A DNA stretch of 64,000 bases from an uncultured bacterium (GCA_963695335.1 OY968764.1:1120001-1184000), one strand, 5' to 3'. Numbered from the stretch's first letter, positions 21,724 to 33,223 are shown. Numbers and translations: made by a program. The notes: a model not told the origin generated them from the letters alone.

Positions 21724-24126
21724 TCAGGATGAGCGCGAGCGCATCAAAAATGATAATACTGAATCGCTATTTAATGAAAGTGAATCAATACCCTCTTTAA
21801 TTAAAAATTCAGCAATATCAGGATAATCCGATGGTGCTTGACCACAAATGCCAATATATCGTTTATTTTTATGCGCACCTTCAATTGCCATTGCCATCAT
21901 TATTTTAACTGCTTCATCACGTTCATCAAACAATTCTGCAAGAATTGTAGAATCACGATCAACACCCAAAACCAATTGTGTTAAATCATTTGATCCAATA
22001 GAAAAACCATCAAAATAACGTGCTAAATTCATCAATCATAATCACATTTGATGGAACTTCACACATCATTACAAATTCCAAATCATTTAGTCATGCTTTA
22101 ATCCATGTTTTGCCATTTCAGCTTCAACCAACTGTGCTTCTTGCACCGTGCGCACAAATGGAATCATAATTTTTATATTTTTTAAACCCATCACGTCACG
22201 CAGCGTGCATAAGGGCTGTACATTCCAATGCAAACGCTTGCTTGTAACGTTCATTGTAATAACGTGATGCTCCACGAAACCCAATCATCGGGTTTTCTTC
22301 TTCTGGTTCAAAATAAGCTACCACCAATAAGATTACGATACTCATTACTTTTAAAATCAGAAAAACGCACCGTTACTGGTCGTGGATAAAAAGCTGCTGC
22401 AATCATACCAATACCTTGTGCTAGACGTTCAACAAAAAAATCTGTTTTTTTACTGATATGCAGCAGTTATTTCATCTATTTTAGCTTTCATTCTTTATCT
22501 TTAACTTTTTCAGGATGAATAAGTGCCATGGGATGAATTTTGATAAGATTCGTGATAATAAATTCCATACGCGCAAGACCAACTCCTGCAACTGGTAAAA
22601 ATGATGTCTGAAATGCACTATCAGGATCAGCAATATTAACCATAATATCAACTGTTGGTTTGGGGATATCTGTAAGAGCTATTTTTTTAATGGTATATTC
22701 CAATTTTCCCTTATAAACAGCGCCTGTAGCGCCTTGAGAACAATCGATCGTTACCACTTCTCCAGTTTTTATTACAGCAGTTCCGTTATCAGTCCCAACA
22801 ATTGCAGGAATACCCAATTCTCGGCTCACAATTGCTGCATGGCACGTGCGCCCACCACGATCAGTAATAATACCTGCTGCACGCTTCATTGCAGGAACCC
22901 AATCAGGATCAGTCATTGTTGTAACAATAATCTCACCATCTTTAATTTTACTAATATCTTTGGCACTTTTTACTACACGTGCTATACCAGATACAATTTT
23001 GTGACCAATACTCAAACCAGTCACAATAGTTTCTTTTTTTGCACCGTTTTTTATAATATAGCGCTGTAATGCAACTTCTTTTTTACCACCATAAATGGTT
23101 TCTGGGCGTGCTTGCACAATATACAATTTCCCATCATGTCCATCTTTTGCCCACTCAATATCCATGGGTGACCAGACTTGTCCTTCGAAGCTTTAGCGAA
23201 GTAGGATTTCTTTAATTTTGAATAATAGTTTTCAATAGTAACCACGAACTGTGCGAGTTCAATAATTTCTTTATCAGTTAATGCAAAAGTATGCTGATCT
23301 TTCTTTGATACTTTTACTGTTTTTATATGGGCATGCCCATATATAATCTTTGTCTTTTTATCACCACATAATTTTTTAATAATTGGTGTAAACCCTTCGC
23401 AAGCGTGAGTTTATGCACAACAAATTCATCTGGAGTCACCAAGCCTTGTACAATTGATTCACCAAGTCCATACGATGCATCAATCATCACCACATCTTTA
23501 AAACCAGTTTCTGTATCCAATGAAAATGCAACTCCAGAAACTGCACCATCAGAACGAATCATTTTTTGTACACCAATAGAAAGCGCAACTTTAAAATGAT
23601 CAAATCCTTGATCAATGCGATACATAATTGCACGATCAGTAAATAGAGATGCTATACTTTTTTTGCATGCATCTAATAACTTTTCATCACCAACCACATT
23701 TAAAAATGTATCTTGTTGACCAGCAAATGATGCTGTGGGTAAATCTTCAGCTGTTGCAGAGGAACGAACCGCAACATCAATATTATGTTTCTTATACCGA
23801 GTGGAAAGTTCATGATACGCTTGCAGAATTTCTTGTGCCAAATCATCTGGCATTGTTCCACTCATAATAAGTTTACGAATTTCAGAACCAACTGTATGCA
23901 CGTTTTTTGTACCATGCAGTTGCTTCATAACTGATTTCATTTTTGCAAGCAACTTATTTTCATTAATATAGTGCCAATACGCATCTGCTGTTATGGCAAA
24001 TCCCATAGGCACTCTAATCTTTTGTGATGAGAGTTGCGTTATCATCTCACCCAATGATGCATTTTTTCCACCAACCTGGCTAACATCAGCAAGACGTATT
24101 TCATCAAAATATTTTATATAGCGCAT
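21724..24126 (-). CDS. ppsA: Phosphoenolpyruvate synthase, several apparent frameshifts (error or pseudogene)
   Basis: [85 protein letters not shown] across frames. Confidence 0.92.
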
Positions 24127-24141
24127 ATTCTCTCACTTACG

Positions 24142-25341
24142 TTATATCAAAAAAGCTTCCAATAAATTCAACCAATTAGGATTACCCTCAGTCCAATACA
24201 AACCATAATATGATGGATCAAGTGAGAAACGAGAAAAATATATAGAAATCCCACCTGCTTTAGAATAACGTGCGCTCGTAACATTAGCTTTAACAACATG
24301 AGCAAGCAAACGTAATCCGTTATTCACAAGCTGTTTAAACTGATTAATCACTGAATTTGATAACTTTAATCCATCAATATATTTCAATACATTCTTATAA
24401 AACTGGCATAGATCAATATAAATACCTTGATCAAAAGAAGGACAAAGATTAGTATTAATACATTTTTTAAGAGCAATTCGAACATCTGTACTATTTTTTC
24501 CTGTTAACTGTGTTGTTAAAATTTGAGCAACTGCACTACAATTATCAGCCAATGGTTGCAACAAATTTAAATCAATTGCCGACAATGTATAATCAGATGT
24601 TCCCGTATACTCTTGTTGATATGCACGTACCATTAACTGAGCAAAAGAAAGCGGATCAAAAGTCTGAGTTGCACATTGGCGTAACACATATGCATATTCA
24701 AATCCATCCACAGGAACTTCTTCTTCCGATGCAACCATATAATCGGCACACGCAGACAATGCATATGCCATTTCAATTGATCCTAAAAAAGACGCATCAA
24801 ATACTATAATGTCAAACTTTTGTCCCCCACGTAAACTATTTTTTGCCCATGAGAATGCTTGCAAACAATCGCGATCTGTTAAATAATTATCGGTATCAAA
24901 ATCATAACAAACTCCCTTAGTCTGCATCATCGTAGATCTATTTAAAGGCCCCGATCCATGATTCCACAACACCACAGCAATATGATCTGAAGGATAATCA
25001 ATACAGGCCCATTGCAATGCTTCTTGCAATGTTGCCACATCACCACTATCGCGCACCATTCTATCACCAATTTGCACTATTGATCCGTTTTCAATATACA
25101 ATTTTGCACTGTATTTTTGTTGCCCCTCTTCATGCAGCGTAAGATATACTATGACATTAATATTCTCATTAGAACCAGCTTGTGCCATTTCCTCTAAATC
25201 TAATAATGCATATTGACTCAGATCATTTGCTGCCGCCATATATACCAAAAATGTCCACGGTTTTTGTTCAATAGCCTGCACTCTGCACATAAAAAAAGAA
25301 GCGCCTACAATACATAAGCCCTTCCATACATCTTTTATCAT
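24142..25341 (-). CDS. Clostripain-family (C11) protein, exported; catalytic Cys position reads Ser
   Basis: WTFLVYMAAANDL, VLWNHGSG, FDASFLGSIE (family consensus FDAC), YMVASEE. Confidence 0.85.
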   Translation of the reverse strand: MIKDVWKGLCIVGASFFMCRVQAIEQKPWTFLVYMAAANDLSQYALLDLEEMAQAGSNENINVIVYLTLHEEGQQKYSAKLYIENGSIVQIGDRMVRDSGDVATLQEALQWACIDYPSDHIAVVLWNHGSGPLNRSTMMQTKGVCYDFDTDNYLTDRDCLQAFSWAKNSLRGGQKFDIIVFDASFLGSIEMAYALSACADYMVASEEEVPVDGFEYAYVLRQCATQTFDPLSFAQLMVRAYQQEYTGTSDYTLSAIDLNLLQPLADNCSAVAQILTTQLTGKNSTDVRIALKKCINTNLCPSFDQGIYIDLCQFYKNVLKYIDGLKLSNSVINQFKQLVNNGLRLLAHVVKANVTSARYSKAGGISIYFSRFSLDPSYYGLYWTEGNPNWLNLLEAFLI

Positions 25342-25422
25342 ACTCTCTCCCTTGTAAGAAGATTATTACAAATCAATATCCACATCCTAAAAAAATTGAT
25401 ATACCAATTTCTACAAAAAAAA

Positions 25423-25447
25423 TAGGTCCGTGTTTTTCACGGACCTA
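25423..25447 (-). terminator. Intrinsic terminator
   Basis: taggtccgtg-ttttt-cacggaccta preceded by an A-run on the plus strand. Confidence 0.7.
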
Positions 25448-25474
25448 CCTTTAATATTCTTTCTTAATCAGCGA

Positions 25475-26056
25475 TTATAATACTGCTATGTATTCTGCGC
25501 CTGTAACTTTACTTAATGCTTTTTTCCAAGCTTCTTTTGGAGTCACAAGAAGAATAAATATAGCTGCGGCTTCAGGTAACAATTTATTATTTGTTTCTAG
25601 TTGTTGTAACACATATGCATCAAACAGTCCCATTGCACCCGATGGTTTTTGTGCTACTTTATTACGTTTAAGCGTAACAACAGAACCATCATCTTCTTTG
25701 GTTCTAACAGTTTGCTCATCAAGTTTGAATTTTGCTCCAACAAAATATTTATCAATAAAACTCAAAATAGTTGCGCGAGAATCAGCATCAAAAATATTGT
25801 AAGAATTGAGCAACGCTATAATATCATCTTGCATATTACTATAGTCATAAGTCCCTCTTGGTTTTGTATCCAAACGAACTTTTGCAGCAAGTCCTAGCGC
25901 AACAGCAGCAACAAGCAAAGTGTGTTTATTAATAGGACAAACAGAACTGTCTGTTGCGAATGGATTTAAAAAATTGAAACAAGAAACATTACTTGATGAG
26001 ACAACCATTGCAAAAGCTAATGCAACTGATTTTGTACGTGCCGTCAAAGTGATCAT
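25475..26056 (-). CDS. Hypothetical membrane/exported protein
   Basis: Signal-like N-terminus plus internal hydrophobic segments. Confidence 0.6.
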   Translation of the reverse strand: MITLTARTKSVALAFAMVVSSSNVSCFNFLNPFATDSSVCPINKHTLLVAAVALGLAAKVRLDTKPRGTYDYSNMQDDIIALLNSYNIFDADSRATILSFIDKYFVGAKFKLDEQTVRTKEDDGSVVTLKRNKVAQKPSGAMGLFDAYVLQQLETNNKLLPEAAAIFILLVTPKEAWKKALSKVTGAEYIAVL

Positions 26057-26151
26057 AATAACCCTTTTTTGTGTAAAAATGTAAAACATTGAGTTCAATT
26101 CTGCTTAAACGATATACCATAATATAAAAAAGTCAAAAAACAGTAACCATT

Positions 26152-26179
26152 TTGACATGCAATGTAACTTACATATAAT
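26152..26179 (+). promoter_or_regulatory. Sigma70-type promoter
   Basis: TTGACA-16 bp-TATAAT upstream of ATG 26221; includes palindrome atgtaa-c-ttacat. Confidence 0.65.
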
Positions 26180-26220
26180 AAAATCTATCCATTAAATTCT
26201 TTATAATTGGAGTAGTAAAC

Positions 26221-26835
26221 ATGTATGCATGTATTAATAAACAGATACGATATTTTTTTGTCATATTACTTTTTTGTAATGTATGCACTTCACAAACAGA
26301 TTCTAACGAACTTCCCTCATTATATCCCACGCACTACTATATAGCAGCAACGGCTGCAGCATTACTTATTGGGAAATTATGGTACGATTACTTTTACAAC
26401 AACAGCTCAACTCCAGAAGAAACAATTGAATGCTGCCAAGCAACATTTAGTACCATACAGCAAGATATCATTCATTATCAGAAACTATACAACAATGATG
26501 CACACATGAGCGATTGGGAACTCAAAGAACTCATCTTAGACAACAGTAAAGATCCATATCCATTTTTGGAATATTACAGATCGCTCCAAGATGCTTTACT
26601 GCTCTTACAACAACATCACGCAACCGTTACAACACACATCGCTGAAATTAAAAAACATGAAAAAAAACTAAAGTACAAAAATCTAACTCTGCAACTTAAA
26701 CGAGAAGGGACAAATCTTGAAAAGCAGATTGCAAAAATAATATCTTTGATAACAATACTCCACATGAGAATCCAATCATTCAAAGAATATCATGAAGATT
26801 GTTATTATTGGAAAGAAAAAATGGGCAGTGCATGA
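26221..26835 (+). CDS. Hypothetical protein (signal peptide, TM segment, coiled coil)
   Basis: ggag RBS; ATGA overlap with next gene. Confidence 0.65.
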   Translation: MYACINKQIRYFFVILLFCNVCTSQTDSNELPSLYPTHYYIAATAAALLIGKLWYDYFYNNSSTPEETIECCQATFSTIQQDIIHYQKLYNNDAHMSDWELKELILDNSKDPYPFLEYYRSLQDALLLLQQHHATVTTHIAEIKKHEKKLKYKNLTLQLKREGTNLEKQIAKIISLITILHMRIQSFKEYHEDCYYWKEKMGSA

Positions 26836-27920
26836 AAAAGCTTTTCATTATTTTTATTATGATAGCAGTACCACACATCTCTCATCTTTTTTGTATGGAA
26901 GCTATGAAAAACACATCTGCAAGCAAGCAAGGCATAATTTATGCACCATGGCGAGAAAATTATGTTAATGCACCACAAAAACCATACATGTTAACCAACA
27001 AATCCTGCACACTTTGTAATATCATCAATAATAAAAACAACCCTGAAAATCTTATTTTACATCGCGGAAAACATTCACTGATTATGCTTGCAAGTCAGCC
27101 ATACATAGACAATGGTATACATCTTCTGATTGTTCCGTATGAACATAAAAAAGAGATATCTGAACTATCGCCAGAATCATATCATGAAGAAAATATGTTT
27201 ACTCAACAACTATGTGCCTTATTTTCATCACACGCCAATGAAACATACATTAACTCTAATCAAGGCTCTGCTGCCGGAGCAAGCATACCAGAACATCAAC
27301 ATAAACATATCATCATCAACCATGCCCCCATTTATTACAATCTTAAAGACGCAGTACAAAACACAAAAAAGCAGATTAATCTGCCAACGCTCTATGAACA
27401 ACTACTCCCGCAAATAAAAAGTTTAGAAAATGTTAGTGTTCCTCAAACGCAACTGTTTAATGTCCACAAAAACTGTTATTACTGCTCAATATTACAAAAA
27501 GATCCCCAAGAAAACTTCATTATTCATCGGGGTAAACATGCAACAATTATGCTCTCTCATTACCCTACCTATTTTGGAGAAATAGATATTATTCCCAATG
27601 AACACGTTGAAGCACTCGAAGCAATGTCAGCTGAAACATATGAAGAAATTAATAAGCTCACCACAGAAATGTATCCTCTTGCGCTTAAAATAATAAATGC
27701 TCAGGATAGTAATATTGGATTAGTTTCGTATGGTAGTAAATCACCGCAGAAAGAGCATATCAGACAAAAATTGATTCCGCGCAAAGATAGTTGGAAAAAA
27801 ACACCAATCACAAAAAGTAATCATATCAGCGGTGATATTAAAAGATTTTATAACAAATTATTATCAGAATGGCATTCGTTACTCGACAAAAATTACTACA
27901 AACAAACGGCAAAATTGTAA
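26832..27920 (+). CDS. Tandem HIT-domain protein (Ap4A phosphorylase-like) with signal peptide
   Basis: IYAPWRENY, CTLC, AGASIPEHQHKHII; second domain CYYC..ENFIIHRGKH with degenerate triad (EHIRQKLIPR). Confidence 0.8.
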   Translation: MKKLFIIFIMIAVPHISHLFCMEAMKNTSASKQGIIYAPWRENYVNAPQKPYMLTNKSCTLCNIINNKNNPENLILHRGKHSLIMLASQPYIDNGIHLLIVPYEHKKEISELSPESYHEENMFTQQLCALFSSHANETYINSNQGSAAGASIPEHQHKHIIINHAPIYYNLKDAVQNTKKQINLPTLYEQLLPQIKSLENVSVPQTQLFNVHKNCYYCSILQKDPQENFIIHRGKHATIMLSHYPTYFGEIDIIPNEHVEALEAMSAETYEEINKLTTEMYPLALKIINAQDSNIGLVSYGSKSPQKEHIRQKLIPRKDSWKKTPITKSNHISGDIKRFYNKLLSEWHSLLDKNYYKQTAKL

Positions 27921-27929
27921 CAACAAAAA

Positions 27930-27957
27930 AATAGGACTGATCTAAATCAGTCCTATT
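27930..27957. terminator. Intrinsic terminator between convergent genes
   Basis: aataggactgat-ctaa-atcagtcctatt. Confidence 0.75.
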
Positions 27958-27978
27958 ACAAAATCACAATTATATTTC

Positions 27979-29049
27979 TTACTTCTGCAGCGCTAATCTG
28001 CGCCGTTCTTCACGATCAAGCGTACGTAAAGCTTCAACAATCTCATCAAGATCACCTTCAATAACATAATCTAATTTTTTCAATGTTATATCAGCATTAT
28101 GATCAGTAACACGATTTTGCGGGAAATTATATGTACGCGTTTTTTCAGCACGCATACCTCTTCCCACTTGATCTTTACGCTGTTTGCCAACCTCAGCTGC
28201 ATGACGTTCTTTTTCAAACACAAGTAAACGTGATTGTAACACTTTCAAAGCTTTAGCTTTATTTTTGTGCTGAGAACGCTCATCTTGGCATGAAACTACA
28301 ACACCTGAAGGGATATGGGTAATACGCACGGCTGAGTCAGTGGTATTAACATGCTGACCACCAGCACCACTCGCACGGAACACATCAATACGCAAATCAG
28401 CAGGGTTAATGGTTACATCAACTTCTTCCGCTTCAGGCAATACTGCCACTGTGGCTGTTGAAGTATGAACACGTCCCTGCGTTTCCGTTTTTGGTACACG
28501 TTGCACACGATGAACACCCGCTTCAAACTTTAAATGCCCATAAACACCAGTGCCTTCAACGTGCAATGTTACATCACGAATACCACCAAGATCAGTAAAA
28601 CTTTCATCAACCACCGTTGCTTTCCAACCCTTGCGCAATGCATAGTTTGTATACATTCTCAAAAGATCAGCTGCAAACAATGCCGCTTCTTGCCCACCTG
28701 CTCCTGCACGTATTTCTATAAAAACTGAACGTTCATCATGTTCATCAGAAGGGATCATAAGATCTTCAAGAGCTCTCTCTTTTTGCAGTTTTTGCAGTTC
28801 AAGATCATGCAACTCAAGCTTAAAAAGTTCCGACATTTCTGGATCTTCTACTGAACTTTTGAGCTGATTTTTTGCATCAACAATCAATGCTTCACAGCGT
28901 GCAAGATCTTTCTGCGCATCTATAATACGCAAAAGACGAGCCAGCTCTTTTTGCAGCACAATTCTTTTTGCGCTATCAGTAACAGTAGCTAGCTCGCTTG
29001 CAAGATCGTCATATTTTTTTTGCAATAGAGCGATATCAGACATATTCAT
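27979..29049 (-). CDS. prfA: Peptide chain release factor 1
   Basis: GVHRVQRVPKTE (PxT), GGQHVN, RTYNFPQNRVTDH; downstream of rpmE. Confidence 0.96.
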   Translation of the reverse strand: MNMSDIALLQKKYDDLASELATVTDSAKRIVLQKELARLLRIIDAQKDLARCEALIVDAKNQLKSSVEDPEMSELFKLELHDLELQKLQKERALEDLMIPSDEHDERSVFIEIRAGAGGQEAALFAADLLRMYTNYALRKGWKATVVDESFTDLGGIRDVTLHVEGTGVYGHLKFEAGVHRVQRVPKTETQGRVHTSTATVAVLPEAEEVDVTINPADLRIDVFRASGAGGQHVNTTDSAVRITHIPSGVVVSCQDERSQHKNKAKALKVLQSRLLVFEKERHAAEVGKQRKDQVGRGMRAEKTRTYNFPQNRVTDHNADITLKKLDYVIEGDLDEIVEALRTLDREERRRLALQK

Positions 29050-29055
29050 AAAAAT

Positions 29056-29259
29056 TTACGCTTTTTTTGCGTATTTTTTATTGAATTTATCAATACGACC
29101 AGCAGTATCAACAAATTTCTGTTGGCCAGTAAAGAAAGGATGACAATTAGAACAGATAGTAACTCTTAATTCATTATTTGTTGAATGAGTTTCAAATGAA
29201 TTACCACATGCACAGCGTGCAGTGACTTCATGAAGATTTGGATGAATATTCTTTTTCAT
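29056..29259 (-). CDS. rpmE: 50S ribosomal protein L31 (Zn-binding type)
   Basis: [30 protein letters not shown]. Confidence 0.96.
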   Translation of the reverse strand: MKKNIHPNLHEVTARCACGNSFETHSTNNELRVTICSNCHPFFTGQQKFVDTAGRIDKFNKKYAKKA

Positions 29260-29348
29260 ACAATGCCCTCGTTATTTTATGTTTTTATAAATCTATTTCT
29301 AGGGAATAATATTCTAAATGTAACTGAAAAACGTCCTTTTGTAAAGGC

Positions 29349-30995
29349 TCAAAGGCTCATAAGCTCATCTTGTATACTCTCTTTAACCAGCTGAACAATC
29401 CCTTCAATCTTCTCTTGATCCCCCTCAAACACAATCCCTGAGTCGGAATTGAGCACTATTTTTACGTTAGCCCCTTCAAGATTAGCAACCGTAGCGCTAT
29501 CACCATGAAGTACGGTAAAATGGGTTCCCTCTTTTTCCAGACATCCAGTGATAATATGGAACATTTGGGTGGTCCCAATAAAAGGGAATTGCCCGATATT
29601 AAGTGCAAAAGCCTGATCTTTGGTGATTAAAGCAAGACGTTCAAAACCTTGCGCAAGCATAATTGGTGTTGCCACAGTGGTCAGTACTATCACCACAATT
29701 GCTATCACATAATGCGATGGCTGAATAATGCCTGATCCGAATAAAATAGTAGAAACAACAAGGCCAACTTCCCCGCGAGCAACCATAGATGAACCAAATA
29801 GATACGTGTCAAGTCCTGTCCACTGATAACTATCTTTATGAGCAAAACGGTTACTCAATGCAGTAGCCATCCAACACCCCACCAATTTAGAAATAATGGC
29901 AATCACCAAAAGTACTATAACCAAGAACCAGTCATACCCATTGAGCAATCTCACATCAAGTTGCAATCCTATTGATCCCAAAAATATAGGTAACAAAAAT
30001 GCATTAACAAAGGGGGAAATAACCTTCTCTGCTGCATGCCTGTGATCGCCCATACGATGAAACAAACCCGCAAAGTATGCACCGGTAATACCTGCTAATC
30101 CGCCAACAATTTCAGCAAACGCAAAATAAACAAGCATCACACCACTGGCTACGGGAGCAATAAGATGCGATAAATGAGAGCGTTTTAACCATTCAAGACT
30201 TGGACGCACAATATAATACCCCACACCACTCATCACAATAAATGCAATAACTATAGAAAGCATTGCAAAGCCCACCGATGTGCCATGACCTTGCAACATT
30301 GCTCCATCAACAGCTCCCAGAACCCCTGCTTGAACAGCCAAAGAAAAAACTGCTAATAAAATAACAGCAAAAATATCATCCGCAACCGCTGCACCCAATG
30401 CTGCTTTAGAGCTTTTGAGGTGCATTTTATTATACGCAAACAACATCGCTACCGGAATAGAAACACTTGTAGCAGCAAAGATAAGACCCATACCAAGAGC
30501 CTGTACCATATTCCATTCACCACCTAAACCATAATACAATGGTGCTGCAATCATAATGATAGGCAACACTGCACCAAAAATTCCGGCTAATATAGCAACA
30601 GGTCCAATAGAAAAAGCGTCTTGCAAATCAGTTTCATGCCCTGCAATCCACAAAAGATATGATACGGTTAATGCAGATGAAATAAGCAACACAACAAACA
30701 ACATAACATCATAACTCGCAAGGCTATACAACTGCCCTGTCATATGGTCAAGTAAAAGTAATGGTTGAGAAAAAAAAGAAAAAGCACCAACATTCAACAA
30801 TGATGGCCCGAGTAAAATACCTGCAACAATACGTCCGGCTATCACGGGAAGACCTAATAATTTTTTTAAAATTTTTCCCCATGTAATGGTCCACATCAGA
30901 ATAATAGCCAAAAATAGCGAAAATTGTGCAACAAATGCAGGCGATAAGCCTGCTGTAACGAGTAAACCTGCTGGGATAGTTAATTGATCTTGCAT
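29349..30995 (-). CDS. Cation:proton antiporter (CPA2)
   Basis: GILLGPS, ATSVSI, AAVADD, RGEVGLV; multiple TM helices. Confidence 0.88.
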   Translation of the reverse strand: MQDQLTIPAGLLVTAGLSPAFVAQFSLFLAIILMWTITWGKILKKLLGLPVIAGRIVAGILLGPSLLNVGAFSFFSQPLLLLDHMTGQLYSLASYDVMLFVVLLISSALTVSYLLWIAGHETDLQDAFSIGPVAILAGIFGAVLPIIMIAAPLYYGLGGEWNMVQALGMGLIFAATSVSIPVAMLFAYNKMHLKSSKAALGAAVADDIFAVILLAVFSLAVQAGVLGAVDGAMLQGHGTSVGFAMLSIVIAFIVMSGVGYYIVRPSLEWLKRSHLSHLIAPVASGVMLVYFAFAEIVGGLAGITGAYFAGLFHRMGDHRHAAEKVISPFVNAFLLPIFLGSIGLQLDVRLLNGYDWFLVIVLLVIAIISKLVGCWMATALSNRFAHKDSYQWTGLDTYLFGSSMVARGEVGLVVSTILFGSGIIQPSHYVIAIVVIVLTTVATPIMLAQGFERLALITKDQAFALNIGQFPFIGTTQMFHIITGCLEKEGTHFTVLHGDSATVANLEGANVKIVLNSDSGIVFEGDQEKIEGIVQLVKESIQDELMSL

Positions 30996-31077
30996 ACCAA
31001 TACTCCATTTATTAATAATTTTTTAAGACTTATTTAAATGTATATATATACCATATTTTGCGGCTTCTTAAAATAAA

Positions 31078-31099
31078 TAAAGCCCCAACTGGGGCTTTA
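31078..31099. terminator. Intrinsic terminator
   Basis: taaagcccca-ac-tggggcttta. Confidence 0.65.
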
Positions 31100-31125
31100 T
31101 ACACACAAACAACTTTTTTAAAAAT

Positions 31126-32391
31126 TTATACCATAAAGAGATCATCACCTTTTTCAAAATCAACAATCAATTCTAAAAGCTTAATCCACAATGATTTTTG
31201 TGCAAAGCCTGTTGCATAATATGAGCTATCAATATCTTTCCACGGTAAATATATCGCAACGCCGCGAGCAAGATCTTGTGTGCTAAAACCACCACATCGA
31301 GCAACGATTAAAGAATCTGTTGTTCGATAAAAATTCTGCAAACTATCTTCTATTGCAAACAGATTATCTGACGATTTCATTTCTAATAATCCAACTTCTA
31401 TGAGTTTACAAAATGCTATAAGATCACTATACATTGGCCATAAACAAAATCGTGGGCTCAGGTTGCGAGCTTCAACAAGTATCTCTTCAATGCTAGGCGT
31501 CTGTAGCAACTGTTCAATAACAACATCTAATGCACGACTAACATTATATATATGCGATAAATCAAGTGCTGCATGAGTATATACACCAGAACTATCATGT
31601 TCGCTATAATATGCATCAAAAGCATCAACCATCCCCATACCAACTTCACGTACAGAAAACCCTTGATTAAGCACCGCCATTAATCCCTGATAATCAAACC
31701 CATCTGCTAAAGAACAACTTTGATTACCTACCAAATAATGCGCATACGGCGCAACCAAATATGCTATTTCAAACATGTCACCCATACATGTATCAAATGC
31801 AAGAATATCTATTTTTTGACCATTCAAAATATCACGATGAATAATTTCCAAACTTGCTACCACATCATTATTATTGAGATATGTGCGTGGATTAGTATTA
31901 AACATAAATCCTCGATGTTTTTTATGTTCTTTAATTGATTTAAGTGTGCAACCACATTGACTATTTAACGAACCCTCATCCATTTCCCACTCCTTGGTTA
32001 CCTCGTTCCATTGAGGATCCAAAATACCATACCCATGATTCGACATAATAAGCATAGTATGATCACGATCATTATCTGCAAAACCCCAATGCGCTGCAGT
32101 AATGAAATCTTGTTTGCTATTACCACTGAGTTGTACCTCTTCCAAAAACTCCAACCCATGCTCTGTTACACGGTAACGCAAACCAGCATCATAATATGCA
32201 TGTAACTGAATCATAAAATCTACTGCATCATTTGGTTTACCTCGGATCATATCAGTAATATTTTTAATGGCCATATCACTTAAAGCATCACTTGAGTCCA
32301 TGTAAAAAAAAACTCTCCATGTATCAGCACACAGAGAGGATGGTAAACTAACAAATAATAAAAACGGTAAAAAAAGCTGCTTCATATTCAT
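31126..32391 (-). CDS. Clostripain-family (C11) peptidase, exported
   Basis: WRVFFYM, MSNHGYG, AFDTCM: His and Cys both present. Confidence 0.82.
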   Translation of the reverse strand: MNMKQLFLPFLLFVSLPSSLCADTWRVFFYMDSSDALSDMAIKNITDMIRGKPNDAVDFMIQLHAYYDAGLRYRVTEHGLEFLEEVQLSGNSKQDFITAAHWGFADNDRDHTMLIMSNHGYGILDPQWNEVTKEWEMDEGSLNSQCGCTLKSIKEHKKHRGFMFNTNPRTYLNNNDVVASLEIIHRDILNGQKIDILAFDTCMGDMFEIAYLVAPYAHYLVGNQSCSLADGFDYQGLMAVLNQGFSVREVGMGMVDAFDAYYSEHDSSGVYTHAALDLSHIYNVSRALDVVIEQLLQTPSIEEILVEARNLSPRFCLWPMYSDLIAFCKLIEVGLLEMKSSDNLFAIEDSLQNFYRTTDSLIVARCGGFSTQDLARGVAIYLPWKDIDSSYYATGFAQKSLWIKLLELIVDFEKGDDLFMV

Positions 32392-32491
32392 AAAGCAACC
32401 TCATTTTTTAGCTAACAGTATTTAAAATATTTTTATCTTATCCTGGAGTTAACATAGAAAAAGTACGCAAATATTATCAAGGCAAAAAAAT

Positions 32492-33010
32492 CTAAACATT
32501 ACCAAGCTTAAATCGATCAACTAACTCATCCAACTCTTTTGCATTCTTTACTACAAAAATTTTCTTTTGATCTTTGTAGCTATTCAATGAAAATTCAATT
32601 GCTTGTTTTTGTTTTTTATTAAAACTCCACACATATTTCAGAAATTCCCAACTCGGAAACCTTTCAGGACATCCAGGAGCGCTTGAAAAAAATACTTTAC
32701 CAAAATTCAAAAACGCTCTTTTAAATATTCGATACAAACAAATATACAACGGTATATCTAAAAAAATAATAACATCTGCCTGAAAAAATCTATATTCGGA
32801 CACTCTCATCGCCATGCCCTCAATAATCCATGAATCACGATCACACAAATCATAATGTGTTTCTACGAACTCATTATAATCTGGTCTTTGCCAACCAGGC
32901 TTCCAAAAATATTGATCCAAATGAAAAAGGGGAATATGTAAAATGTTATGAAGTTGGAGAGCTAACGTTGATTTACCAGAACCAGGACTGCCGATAATTG
33001 CTATTTTCAT
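32492..33010 (-). CDS. P-loop kinase, FlaR/'topology modulation protein' family
   Basis: IIGSPGSGKSTLA, HLDQYFWKPGW, WIIEG, GCPER. Confidence 0.85.
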   Translation of the reverse strand: MKIAIIGSPGSGKSTLALQLHNILHIPLFHLDQYFWKPGWQRPDYNEFVETHYDLCDRDSWIIEGMAMRVSEYRFFQADVIIFLDIPLYICLYRIFKRAFLNFGKVFFSSAPGCPERFPSWEFLKYVWSFNKKQKQAIEFSLNSYKDQKKIFVVKNAKELDELVDRFKLGNV

Positions 33011-33077
33011 ACTATCTCCTGAATACAAAAAAAAAGACCAACTTAAAAAGTTGATCTTAATTTTACATTTAATAATC

Positions 33078-33223
33078 TGGCCGCGCCATACGAAGCTTTA
33101 GCGAGAGTCCGTCTACGTTCTTTGAACTACGTCGGACAGTCTTCGCATTTGCTATCACAGTTTTTGTAATCGCCAAATATTTCTTATTGGCGCAAGCCAG
33201 ACGAAGCTCGTAAGAGCGAAGAC
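33078..33223 (-). repeat. tRNA 3'-trailer structured element, copy after tRNA-Asp
   Basis: CCA|gtcttcgctcttacgagcttcgtctgg...gcgaagactgtccgacgtag-ttcaaagaa-cgtagacggac. Confidence 0.85.
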
